This document shows, in pieces, positions 46,746 to 55,768 of a DNA stretch of 61,858 bases. Source of the DNA: a virus (lineage: Duplodnaviria; Caudoviricetes); the IMG/VR virus record IMGVR_UViG_3300042901_000051, positions 1 to 61,858 of that record; one strand, written 5' to 3'. The notes under the pieces were generated by a model. The model made no database searches and had not been told where the DNA came from. It saw only the letters and a program-made list of their open reading frames with translations. Each line of letters starts with the position of its first letter. Within the stretch, counting starts at the first letter, position 1. Position numbers and translations under genes: made by a program.

Positions 46746-47203
46746 GAACAAAAACCAAAACAACTACCGCAATCATTCATGCCCTGAAAGAGGGTAAGTC
46801 AGTAGAAGAGATTGCCAAACGAGTTGGTGTAACGAAGCAACGAGTCTATCAGGTTCGTCATGAAGTCAAACAACAAGCAAAGGAGGAAGTCCGTGGTTAT
46901 GTTCGCAAGACACCGAAGCACCCCGAGAAGTTACAGAAGGTCAAGCCGTATGTACGAGGGGCAAAGAAACCGAGCAAGTCTGATTGGATGCCGACTCAGG
47001 AACAGATTGCGGCAAGCGATGTGTTAGCGAGAGCAAGCAGGGCAATTGGAGAGCATAAGCGGATGCACAATGAGTATGTGTATTCTAAATTAAATGAAGC
47101 AGTTGCGAAGAACAACGACTTGTTCAATGAAGTGAAAGATCAACAAGCAATCATTAGATACCTTGAAGGTCTTGTCGTTCGTCTTGCTAACAAATCCAAT
47201 TAA
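46742..47203 (+). CDS. Helix-turn-helix protein
   Basis: GKSVEEIAKRVGVTKQRVYQV HTH; C-terminal coiled coil. Confidence 0.75.
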   Translation: MRTKTKTTTAIIHALKEGKSVEEIAKRVGVTKQRVYQVRHEVKQQAKEEVRGYVRKTPKHPEKLQKVKPYVRGAKKPSKSDWMPTQEQIAASDVLARASRAIGEHKRMHNEYVYSKLNEAVAKNNDLFNEVKDQQAIIRYLEGLVVRLANKSN

Positions 47204-47214
47204 ACCGAGTTTAA
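47200..47214. repeat. Palindrome copy 6
   Basis: aaTTAAAC-CGA-GTTTAAtt; contains the stop codon of the HTH gene. Confidence 0.9.
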
Positions 47215-47240
47215 TTCAATAAAAAGAAAGGAAATACACC

Positions 47241-48326
47241 ATGATTGATATGCAAACAGTTTCACTAGCCGAGGCTAAACAGTCTATCCTCGCACTTGGC
47301 GCAGAAGTCCCCATCTTTCTATGCGGTGAGCCAGGCATCGGTAAGACCGCCATGGGTCAAGAAGTTGCTACGGAGTTGGGCTATGAGTTTGCGCCCATAG
47401 ACTGTGCGACTTTGGAGTTGGGTGACCTTGGTACGCCTGATCAAGACAAGCAGAATGGTTGCACAAACTTTCTGCCCAACGCACGGTTTGGTATTCACAA
47501 GGGTAAAGATATTGTGATGTTGCTAGACGAGATCACGAAGTCTCCCCGCCCTGTGATGAATATGCTCATGCCAACATTCAATGATCGGCGTTTGTATGAC
47601 AAGTATTTGACTAAGCCCTCTGTGGTATTTGCGACGGGCAATCTAAGCACAGACGGAGTTGGTGACAATATGCCGCCGCACTTCATATCACGCATAGACT
47701 TCTTGTATGTGCAAAAGCCTAATGCAGAAGAATGGTGTGATTGGGGTCGCAGTAATCAAATGAATCCAACCCTCATGGCGTGGGTTATTAAGAATCCGCA
47801 TTGTATGCAGTCGTACACCGACTTCAAGGATAAGGATATCAATCCAAAAGCACCGCCGAATCCGTACATATACTTCCCGCAATTGCCAAGAGCGTCATTC
47901 GTTTGCCCCCGTTCATTGGCACGAGCATCTAAGGTACTTGATAGGCGTGATGTCCTGACTGAGAAAGTTGTCCATGCAAACCTTGCAGGTGTCTTAGGTC
48001 GTAGCGCGGCGGCTGATATACAGGCGTACTCAACTGTGGAGAAAGATCTTGAAGATTGGGCAGTCATTGAGCGCGATCCCATGGGCGTCAAAGTGCCTGA
48101 TAATCCAATCGCTGTATGTATTCAGATTCAGCAGGCGATGATGCGTGCGGACAAGAACAACCTAACCGCAATCGTCAAGTATGTGAAGCGTCTACCCCGC
48201 GAGTCGCAAGCGTTGTTTGGTACTAACCTCTACAAGATCAAAGACAAACGGGATATTGCAATACGCAATACAGAGTTTGCTAAGTGGGCAATTGATAATC
48301 ATTGGATGTTGCCTGATGTTAAGTAG
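47241..48326 (+). CDS. MoxR-like AAA+ ATPase
   Basis: GEPGIGKT, MLLDEITK, FATGN, SR arginine finger, CPRS sensor. Confidence 0.88.
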   Translation: MIDMQTVSLAEAKQSILALGAEVPIFLCGEPGIGKTAMGQEVATELGYEFAPIDCATLELGDLGTPDQDKQNGCTNFLPNARFGIHKGKDIVMLLDEITKSPRPVMNMLMPTFNDRRLYDKYLTKPSVVFATGNLSTDGVGDNMPPHFISRIDFLYVQKPNAEEWCDWGRSNQMNPTLMAWVIKNPHCMQSYTDFKDKDINPKAPPNPYIYFPQLPRASFVCPRSLARASKVLDRRDVLTEKVVHANLAGVLGRSAAADIQAYSTVEKDLEDWAVIERDPMGVKVPDNPIAVCIQIQQAMMRADKNNLTAIVKYVKRLPRESQALFGTNLYKIKDKRDIAIRNTEFAKWAIDNHWMLPDVK

Positions 48327-48331
48327 TCGAG

Positions 48332-48346
48332 TTAAACCGAGTTTAA
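48332..48346. repeat. Palindrome copy 7
   Basis: Between AAA stop and AAAGGAG RBS. Confidence 0.9.
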
Positions 48347-48362
48347 TTGGAAAGGAGTATGT

Positions 48363-48527
48363 ATGAAGACCATACAAATTGCGGTGGAAACTGATGCGAT
48401 TGAAAAGACAATCGAACAGTTAGATGAAGACAATATGCCAATCCTCATGATCGAAGATGATCGTGATGGGGATAGTGGTGGATGGATATTTACGATAGGA
48501 GAAAGTAATGAGCAAACTAACACCTGA
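48363..48527 (+). CDS. 54 aa acidic protein (not in ORF track)
   Basis: AAAGGAG RBS; 14 D/E versus 3 K/R. Confidence 0.55.
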   Translation: MKTIQIAVETDAIEKTIEQLDEDNMPILMIEDDRDGDSGGWIFTIGESNEQTNT

Positions 48528-49803
48528 GCAGAGAGTATCCAAATCACGAGTTGCTTTGATGACGCATCCGAAATTCTGTGCGTTGTCGGGCATCATGCTG
48601 ATGGGTAAAGTGACTGTCGAAGAAGGGTGGGGAACTGCCTGTACTGATGGTCGCAACGAGTGGTACGACCCCGAATTCGTCGCTGAACTAGATGATTTGG
48701 AGTTGAACTTTGTGGTCGCCCACGAGAACTTCCACAAGATGTTTCAGCATGGCATTGTGTGGAATAGATTGTTTGAAGAAGATCCTGAGACTGCGGGTGT
48801 AGCCTGCGATGCAGTTATCAATCTAATGATTGAGGATTGGGGTAAGCCTGTTGGTAACTTTGAGCGCGTTGTAAAGTTTCCGACAATCGGTGGCATCTAT
48901 GACGAGAAGTACCGCAACATGGATGCAGGGCAAGTCTATCGTCTGTTGAAAGCAAACAAACCTCCTCCGCCGCCAAGAAGGGGCAATCAAGGTCAGGGGC
49001 AGGGACAAGGTCAAGGTCAACCGCAAGGTGGAACTGAACCGCCAAGCAATCCGAAGGCTAATACGACAAACCCGTCATCGTTTGATAACCACGACAGGAT
49101 CACGGAAACCAAGCAGTTGTCGCAAGAAGAGCAAGACAAGTTGAAGAATCAGATCGACCAAGCGATACGCCAAGGTCAGATGCTATCTAAAGATATGTGC
49201 AAAAAGCATGGTATCGGCAGAGGGGATTCCGAGTTGAACTTGAGCGAGATGCTTGAGCCGTATGTCGATTGGCGTCAGGTATTGCGGGACTTTGTGAAGT
49301 CAACACTTGCGGGTAAAGACTTATCTACCTATGCACGCCCGAACAAGAGGCTGAAACATCTTGGTATATACATGCCTAGCACATACAGCGAATCTGCATC
49401 TAGGATTGTTGGCGCTACCGATGTGTCGGGTTCTGTGGATCGTGAGTTGAGCCAAGAGTTTTTCTCGCAGTTGGAATCTATACGCCAAGAGTGCAATCCC
49501 GAATTCATGGATGTATTGGCATGGGATACGGCGGTGGAATCTCACAAACGCTTTGAGCGTGACTGTGGGGAAACCATGCTCAATGTCACTATGCGTGGCG
49601 GTGGTGGTACAGACCCTGCCTGTGTGTTTGACTATCTGCGGAGTGAGCGAGATGCAGTCCCGCCTGATGCGATTGTCATGCTGACAGACGGATATGTGCC
49701 AAGTTGGGGAGATGTCACTGGCATCCCTTGTCCTGTTTTGTGGGTAATTGTTGGTGACAGTAAAGCCATGCCCACGCATGGTCAAGTTGTTTATGCGAAG
49801 TAA
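48508..49803 (+). CDS. Metallopeptidase-vWA fusion (DUF2201-like)
   Basis: TACTDG, HENFH zincin motif, Q/G linker, DVSGS MIDAS, GGGGTD, LTDGY. Confidence 0.85.
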   Translation: MSKLTPEQRVSKSRVALMTHPKFCALSGIMLMGKVTVEEGWGTACTDGRNEWYDPEFVAELDDLELNFVVAHENFHKMFQHGIVWNRLFEEDPETAGVACDAVINLMIEDWGKPVGNFERVVKFPTIGGIYDEKYRNMDAGQVYRLLKANKPPPPPRRGNQGQGQGQGQGQPQGGTEPPSNPKANTTNPSSFDNHDRITETKQLSQEEQDKLKNQIDQAIRQGQMLSKDMCKKHGIGRGDSELNLSEMLEPYVDWRQVLRDFVKSTLAGKDLSTYARPNKRLKHLGIYMPSTYSESASRIVGATDVSGSVDRELSQEFFSQLESIRQECNPEFMDVLAWDTAVESHKRFERDCGETMLNVTMRGGGGTDPACVFDYLRSERDAVPPDAIVMLTDGYVPSWGDVTGIPCPVLWVIVGDSKAMPTHGQVVYAK

Positions 49804-49809
49804 GTCGAG

Positions 49810-49824
49810 TTAAACCGAGTTTAA
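49810..49824. repeat. Palindrome copy 8
   Basis: Between vWA stop and GAAAGGAG RBS. Confidence 0.9.
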
Positions 49825-49841
49825 TTGAAAGGAGATTTACC

Positions 49842-50708
49842 ATGAATCAAGAAGTCACAAGCATTTCATCAAGCGCAGTATTGGTAGACTTAAACATTGC
49901 AACATGGACTGCACGCAAGAACGACAAGCGAGTGTCCGAGGAGATTGATGTAGCCAAAGGTACGAAGGCACGGGCGGGTAACTTCCACAAGAAGTTGTTC
50001 GCAGGCAATTCCACGCTAGAAGAGATGCAGAAGTTTGTAACTCAAGTGCGTACCTATCACTACAACAATACCCTGCCTTGGTCGGATTCAGGCACACGCT
50101 TGTTGGTAATGGGTCGCTTCATGGAGTACAACACAAAGATGCGAGAGTTTGAGGTTCAGTTTGAGGATCTCAAGACCAAGTTTCTTTCAAATTACAACGA
50201 CATGGTAAGTGCCGCTGCATTTACACTTGCTGAGTTGTTTAATCGTGAAGACTATCCTAATCCCGATGTAATCACGCATAAGTTTTACTTCAAGTATGAG
50301 TACGCACCTGTACCGCAATCGGGTGACTTCCGAATTGACATAGGTAACGAAGGCATACAAGAACTTGTTGGTCGGTATGAGTCTCAGTTTGAAACTCGAG
50401 TTAAGACCGCGATGCAAGATGCGTGGACTCGTTTGCATGATTGTTTATCTCGTATGAGTGAGCGTCTTGATTACAAGAACGAGAACGACAAGAAAATCTT
50501 CCGCGATTCTTTGGTGGACAACGCCATAGAACTTGTTGATATGCTCAAGTGCATGAACATTACGAATGATCCTGAACTAGAAAAGTCCCGCAAGCAATTG
50601 GAACAAGCCATGTTCGGTGTATCTGCTCGTGAACTGCGCGAGAGTATAGACATTCGCAAAGATGTGAAGTCTCAGGTTGACGAGATCCTAAGTCGTATGA
50701 GTATTTAA
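49842..50708 (+). CDS. Helical protein (possibly DUF3150-like) linked to AAA/vWA pair
   Basis: WTARKND, TLPWSDSGTRLL, FNREDYP, FRDSLV, NITNDPELE. Confidence 0.6.
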   Translation: MNQEVTSISSSAVLVDLNIATWTARKNDKRVSEEIDVAKGTKARAGNFHKKLFAGNSTLEEMQKFVTQVRTYHYNNTLPWSDSGTRLLVMGRFMEYNTKMREFEVQFEDLKTKFLSNYNDMVSAAAFTLAELFNREDYPNPDVITHKFYFKYEYAPVPQSGDFRIDIGNEGIQELVGRYESQFETRVKTAMQDAWTRLHDCLSRMSERLDYKNENDKKIFRDSLVDNAIELVDMLKCMNITNDPELEKSRKQLEQAMFGVSARELRESIDIRKDVKSQVDEILSRMSI

Positions 50709-50713
50709 TTGAG

Positions 50714-50728
50714 TTAAACCAAGTTTAA
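50714..50728. repeat. Palindrome copy 9 (loop CAA)
   Basis: Between stop and GAAAGGAG RBS. Confidence 0.85.
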
Positions 50729-50744
50729 TTGAAAGGAGTTAGAT

Positions 50745-51581
50745 ATGTTGACATATGATGTTCCTACTATCATGTGCTATGAGCACGCTGATACTTTTAT
50801 GAATAAAGTTGCGCCTATCCGTGATCAAGGCGGAATACGCCCTCTCGGGCAACGGCGTTATTGGAAAGATCGATGGGTGAAGTTTAACAATGACGTTGTT
50901 AAACACACAATTGTAGTCGGTAATTACAACGCACCTTGCGTGTCGTTTTACCCTGATAACCGAATTGAATTTAGCCATGGAGTTTATCAACTTACTACAA
51001 GGCAGATTATCAACGCTATGTTTCGCCCTAGATTTAGATGCGTGTATGCCCACAATAGTAAATGGTATCTGCGTGATATGGTGAAGCAAATTCAATACCC
51101 TATAACGCGTGGCGACTCGTTGGTGCTTCACTATACTAAAACAGAACAGGGGGTTGATTACGTATTCAAAGGGGAACTTCCGACAGAACAAAAACCTTAT
51201 GTAATTAAGGAAGTGTACGCACCAATTCTTAAGCAGTACAAAGAGTTTCTAAAGTATGTCGAAATAATGAACAAGTTGGCAGGTGGTGCATATGAGAGAG
51301 ATGGGTTTCTTAAAGACATTGTTAACAAGGTAGACAACTCAGAAATTGATTCTTTATTAACTTCTGTTGCCAATCACACGATGGAATCTGCACCGGAAGA
51401 GTTTGCATCTGCGTTTGATGCGCTACTCTGTAAATGCGCTAGGATCAAATACTATTCACGAGGAGAGTATATATGCACAACCCAAAGCATGAAGAAGTTT
51501 ATGTATGAGTGGATCAAAACAAAGCATAGTGACGCCATATACGAGATGCGTGATGTACCAAATTTAACAATCGTTCGATAA
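50745..51581 (+). CDS. Hypothetical protein
   Basis: 278 aa with strong RBS. Confidence 0.75.
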   Translation: MLTYDVPTIMCYEHADTFMNKVAPIRDQGGIRPLGQRRYWKDRWVKFNNDVVKHTIVVGNYNAPCVSFYPDNRIEFSHGVYQLTTRQIINAMFRPRFRCVYAHNSKWYLRDMVKQIQYPITRGDSLVLHYTKTEQGVDYVFKGELPTEQKPYVIKEVYAPILKQYKEFLKYVEIMNKLAGGAYERDGFLKDIVNKVDNSEIDSLLTSVANHTMESAPEEFASAFDALLCKCARIKYYSRGEYICTTQSMKKFMYEWIKTKHSDAIYEMRDVPNLTIVR

Positions 51582-51599
51582 CTAAGAAAGGAAAATGCC

Positions 51600-52505
51600 A
51601 TGCAAACTGAAGCCAAACTACACCCTAAACTACAAATTGCCGTTGACCGCCTAAACAAACGGTACTCTGATATTACAGTTAAAAAATATCGCACAAAAGA
51701 TTGTCGAACGGGGGGACAAAACGAAGACGGAAGTCTTACCACAAAAGAAATGATTGTATCCGTAGAACTTTATACAGGCATATGGGAGAAATCATTTGCT
51801 AAATTATCTGTTGATCATACCTATACTCCGCCCACAGATCATACATTTGTGGTTGAGTCTGATCGCATCAACAATCAACGAAGCCCTAAAAATGAAAAGC
51901 GTACAGTCAAAGACAAAATCATAGTGAAACTTGTTGATGAGTTTGTTCGCCCGTTTACTTATGCAGATCGTGCTAAAGATATATTGAAAGCAGGACACAG
52001 TGCATTGTATTGGCTTGATCGTGAAGTTGAAAGAAAATGTAGCGAAATTTGGAAAAGGATGTGCAACAACGGGTGGTCAGATGTTATTCTTGATTTGATT
52101 GACGGTAGAATTGAATGCGCCACTCCTGAATTACGTCAAAAAGCACAGGAACTTCGTGAAGAACAACAAAGATCTAGATGGATTTCATCTAACTGCAATG
52201 ATGATAAAGGCTCTGCCATGCAAGTAATTGCGTTTCAAATCGGCGGTGATAAGTGGGTACTAAATGTTTATGGTAATGGGCAAGCACCAATTGTTACGCA
52301 GTACGATTCATTCGATGACTTACCTGACTTTATTCAGCAGAAGGTGGCGTTGTTGCGTATCGCACCACACAAGGAGTTGCTAGAAGACATTGGGGTTAAA
52401 GTTGAAGCAAACTCTTATTTCCTGTATGGTTCTGAGTTACAAGTCTTGAGAAAGCCAAATGACTCCGGAGAAGAAAGTAAAGATCAAGGTAACAAAACTA
52501 CTTGA
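51600..52505 (+). CDS. Hypothetical protein
   Basis: 301 aa; C-terminal DDLPDFIQQKVALL...IG motif. Confidence 0.75.
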   Translation: MQTEAKLHPKLQIAVDRLNKRYSDITVKKYRTKDCRTGGQNEDGSLTTKEMIVSVELYTGIWEKSFAKLSVDHTYTPPTDHTFVVESDRINNQRSPKNEKRTVKDKIIVKLVDEFVRPFTYADRAKDILKAGHSALYWLDREVERKCSEIWKRMCNNGWSDVILDLIDGRIECATPELRQKAQELREEQQRSRWISSNCNDDKGSAMQVIAFQIGGDKWVLNVYGNGQAPIVTQYDSFDDLPDFIQQKVALLRIAPHKELLEDIGVKVEANSYFLYGSELQVLRKPNDSGEESKDQGNKTT

Positions 52506-52761
52506 TAGTTTTGGAGCCTATTGGTTCTATCCCGTAATGTCCGGTTACGGTTCTAGTGGAATACCCGATATAGTTGCTTGTTTTCGGGGGCGGTTCATAG
52601 CCATTGAATGTAAGGCTACGCCCAAAGATCAGCCGACTGCGTTGCAATATAAGAACTTGGCGTCTATCAAAGACCAAGGGGGTATCGCCGTTGTTATAAA
52701 TGTAGAAAATGTGAAGGAGTTAGAAGATGTCATCAACAAAATTATTGACAGTAGACTTTGA
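52459..52761 (+). CDS. VRR-NUC nuclease (Holliday junction resolvase-like)
   Basis: MTPEKKVK, GIPDI, FIAIECKA, TALQ. Confidence 0.85.
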   Translation: MTPEKKVKIKVTKLLDSFGAYWFYPVMSGYGSSGIPDIVACFRGRFIAIECKATPKDQPTALQYKNLASIKDQGGIAVVINVENVKELEDVINKIIDSRL

Positions 52762-54547
52762 GACTTACTACGATAAAGACTATTCCCTAAGCAAGATGAC
52801 GACTGAAGAGTATGTTCGGTCAGATTTATTTGAAGTAATTGGTGTAGCAGTAAAAGAAAACAACGGTGACACGCGTTGGTTTAGTGGTACTCATAAAGAT
52901 ATTGAAGAGTGGCTAACGCAATTTGATTGGGCGCACAGCCTAGTCCTTGCACATAATACGATGTTCGATGCGGCTATTTTAGTGTGGCGATTTGGCATCG
53001 TGCCTTTGGGTTGGATTGATACCATGTCTATGGGTCAAGCACTTCTACCCGCAACACAGTCAAAGTCATTGGCAAAACTTGCCGAGTTATATGGCATTGG
53101 CATGAAAGGCTTGGAAGTTGGTAGTGCTATTGGTAAACACAAGCGCGACTTCTCTAAATCAGAATTGAAACAGTATGGGTTGTATTGCTGTAACGATGTA
53201 GAACTAACCTACAAGTTGTTTAAGAAGATGTTGCCTGACTTTCCAAGGCACGAACTAAAGTTGATCGACCTTACGATACGGATGTTTGCCGAACCCGTTC
53301 TCAGGGTAGATGTTGACTTGCTCACTAAACATTTAGTGCAGATCAAGGACTTCAAAGATAAATTGCTTACCGCGTCTGGGCTGGATACTGAAACACTCAT
53401 GTCTAACAACAAGTTTGCAGATTGGTTGCGAAGCAGGGGAGTAGAACCGCCAACGAAAGTTAGCCCGACCACAGGCAAAGAAACATTGGCATTTGCTAAA
53501 ACAGATAAAGAATTCCTAGCCCTACAAGCCGATGAAGATGTAGCGGTGCAGACTGCGGTGGCGGCTAGGCTTGGGGTCAAATCTACACTTGAAGAAACAC
53601 GCACAGAGAGGTTTATAGGCATAGGGCTTAGAGGTCATTTACCGGTTCCCCTTAAATACTATGCCGCACATACAGGTAGGTGGGGTGGTTCAGATAGCCT
53701 CAATCTTCAGAATCTGCCGTCGAGAACAGGATCTTCAGCCCTCAAGAACTCCATATGCGCACCCGAAGGATATGTAATTATTGATGCCGACTCCGCACAG
53801 ATAGAGGCTCGGATGCTTGCGTGGTTAGCGGGTCAGCAGGATATTGTGGGAGCGTTCTCCACAGGACAAGATGTTTACCGCATCATGGCTTCAGCCATAT
53901 ACAGCAAACCCGAAGAAGATATATCGAAAGACGAAAGGTTCATTGGTAAGACCGTTGTGCTAGGTTGTGGCTATGGTATGGGTGCAGAAAAGTTTAAGAA
54001 TATGTTGGCACTACAAAAGGTTAAGTTGGAAAAACATGAAGCCGAACGGATCATTCAGATCTATCGCGAGCGTAACTTTAAGATCAAGCAGTTGTGGTAC
54101 GAAGGTCAAAACGCACTGCCCGCAATACTGAAGAATAAGAACGCCCCTCTTGGTCAGCACAGGGTCTTGATGGTTGAAGGCGCAAGAGGAATCCGGCTCC
54201 CGTCAGGACTCCATGTAAAATACAACAACTTGAGACCAACCGCAGACGGTGGATTTGAATACGAGGCTAGAAAGAACGAGTGGGTAAAAATCTACGGTGG
54301 TAAGGTTATAGAGAATGTAACCCAAGCGTTAGCCCGTATTGTTATTGGTCAGCAGATGCTCAAAATAGCCGAGAAGTATCGGGTAGTGCTAACTGTACAT
54401 GATGCAATTGCTTGTATTGCGCCTATCGGAGAACAACACTTGGCAAAAGAATATGTAGAATCTTGTATGAGATGGACACCCGAATGGGCAACAGGCTTAC
54501 CTCTGAACTGCGAGTCAGGTGTAGGCGCAAACTATGGCGAATGTTAA
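52727..54547 (+). CDS. polA: DNA polymerase family A with 3'-5' exonuclease
   Basis: DFET, HNTMFD, YCCND exo motifs; HTGRW, NLQN, DSAQIEAR (A), KTVVLGCGYG (B), VHD (C). Confidence 0.93.
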   Translation: MSSTKLLTVDFETYYDKDYSLSKMTTEEYVRSDLFEVIGVAVKENNGDTRWFSGTHKDIEEWLTQFDWAHSLVLAHNTMFDAAILVWRFGIVPLGWIDTMSMGQALLPATQSKSLAKLAELYGIGMKGLEVGSAIGKHKRDFSKSELKQYGLYCCNDVELTYKLFKKMLPDFPRHELKLIDLTIRMFAEPVLRVDVDLLTKHLVQIKDFKDKLLTASGLDTETLMSNNKFADWLRSRGVEPPTKVSPTTGKETLAFAKTDKEFLALQADEDVAVQTAVAARLGVKSTLEETRTERFIGIGLRGHLPVPLKYYAAHTGRWGGSDSLNLQNLPSRTGSSALKNSICAPEGYVIIDADSAQIEARMLAWLAGQQDIVGAFSTGQDVYRIMASAIYSKPEEDISKDERFIGKTVVLGCGYGMGAEKFKNMLALQKVKLEKHEAERIIQIYRERNFKIKQLWYEGQNALPAILKNKNAPLGQHRVLMVEGARGIRLPSGLHVKYNNLRPTADGGFEYEARKNEWVKIYGGKVIENVTQALARIVIGQQMLKIAEKYRVVLTVHDAIACIAPIGEQHLAKEYVESCMRWTPEWATGLPLNCESGVGANYGEC

Positions 54548-54558
54548 TTTAATAGGAG

Positions 54559-54741
54559 ATGTTTATGGTTAAACTTGATTATGCACCACACTACTTAGAG
54601 GCTAAACGGCAGTTAGAAGAAACCTACCAACTAATTTTGAAGAATCAATTTAGTGAAGCGTCGGGTCAGATTGAATTTGCTATTGTAGAATTGCGCATGA
54701 TGAAAGCCGCAATCAACTCAAATATACCCGATGCCGAATAA
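54559..54741 (+). CDS. Hypothetical protein
   Basis: 60 aa helical; start may be 54565. Confidence 0.55.
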   Translation: MFMVKLDYAPHYLEAKRQLEETYQLILKNQFSEASGQIEFAIVELRMMKAAINSNIPDAE

Positions 54742-55405
54742 ATCTCCCTCTTGGTCGTACTCTAGTATCACTCTATTTCACCAATGTCCAAAGAAGTATC
54801 ACCACTTACGGGTGGTGAAGGACTATGTTGAACCAAAGACAGAGCAACTTCTTTATGGAGAAGAACTCCATAAGGCAGCCGAACTCTATATCAAAGACGG
54901 AACCCCGTTGCCTGAACAATTCTCGTTCATCAAATCCCAACTAGATACCTTAAACGCAATAGACGGTCAGAAACTTTGTGAGTACAAAATGGGGTTGACC
55001 GATAGCGGAAAGCCCTGCGAATTCTTTGACCAACAAGTTTGGTGGCGGGGCATTGCCGACCTCATAATTATCAAAGATAAGACCGCTTATATCATTGACT
55101 ACAAGACGGGTAGGAACGCCAAGTATGCCGACTCTAAACAATTAGACTTTCTAGCGATGGCTACTTTTGCCCACTTCCCCGAAGTCGAACGGGTGAAGGG
55201 TGCGTTGATGTTTGTTGTGTCAAAAGATTTTGTTAAAAAAGACTATGTGCGTGGCGATTTTCTCGGACTTCTGCGCGACGCTTTGTACCTCTATGTCCCC
55301 CTAGAATCCGCTTATACACAGGATGTTTGGAACCCCAAACCTAACTTCACTTGCCGAAACTATTGTGCGGTGCATACTTGCATTCACAACGGAAGGCATT
55401 CATAA
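54731..55405 (+). CDS. PD-(D/E)XK exonuclease (Cas4/RecB-like)
   Basis: WSYS..CP, RGIAD, IDYKTG, QL, terminal C..C..C. Confidence 0.85.
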   Translation: MPNKSPSWSYSSITLFHQCPKKYHHLRVVKDYVEPKTEQLLYGEELHKAAELYIKDGTPLPEQFSFIKSQLDTLNAIDGQKLCEYKMGLTDSGKPCEFFDQQVWWRGIADLIIIKDKTAYIIDYKTGRNAKYADSKQLDFLAMATFAHFPEVERVKGALMFVVSKDFVKKDYVRGDFLGLLRDALYLYVPLESAYTQDVWNPKPNFTCRNYCAVHTCIHNGRHS

Positions 55406-55411
55406 TCTGAG

Positions 55412-55426
55412 TTAAACCCAGTTTAA
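55412..55426. repeat. Palindrome copy 10 (loop CCA)
   Basis: gagTTAAAC-CCA-GTTTAActc between exonuclease and HNH-like genes. Confidence 0.85.
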
Positions 55427-55441
55427 CTCGACAACTTCTTT

Positions 55442-55696
55442 ATGCCTTATGTAAACAAATCCCGCCCCTACAAGAAAGAGTATAAGCAACAACTTGAGAG
55501 GGGCGAACACGAAAACCGCATGGAACGTCAGCGTGCTAGGCGCACCCTCGACAAGAAGGGCGTTGACCGCAAAGGCAAAGATGTGGCTCATGTAAAACCC
55601 CTATCAAAAGGGGGTAGCAACAAGGATGGCATTCGTTTAGAATCTCCATCCAAGAACAGAAGTTTTAAGCGAAACAAAGATAGTTCAGTTAAGTAG
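55442..55696 (+). CDS. Small HNH-like protein
   Basis: DVAHVKPLSKGGSN...NRSF. Confidence 0.65.
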   Translation: MPYVNKSRPYKKEYKQQLERGEHENRMERQRARRTLDKKGVDRKGKDVAHVKPLSKGGSNKDGIRLESPSKNRSFKRNKDSSVK

Positions 55697-55768
55697 TACG
55701 CAGTAAAACACTATTACAAAAGGCGAAGTGGGATTCCACATTCGCCTGTAAACGCATCTGTAAACACC

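Noticed and set aside
54731-55405. Cas4 as evidence of a CRISPR system
   Set aside because: Ordinary phage PD-(D/E)XK exonuclease in a replication module; no array
42896-55426. Palindromes as CRISPR repeats, attC sites or tyrosine-recombinase sites
   Set aside because: Irregular gene-scale spacing, 15-bp size and 3-nt spacer do not fit; no cas genes or integrase in window
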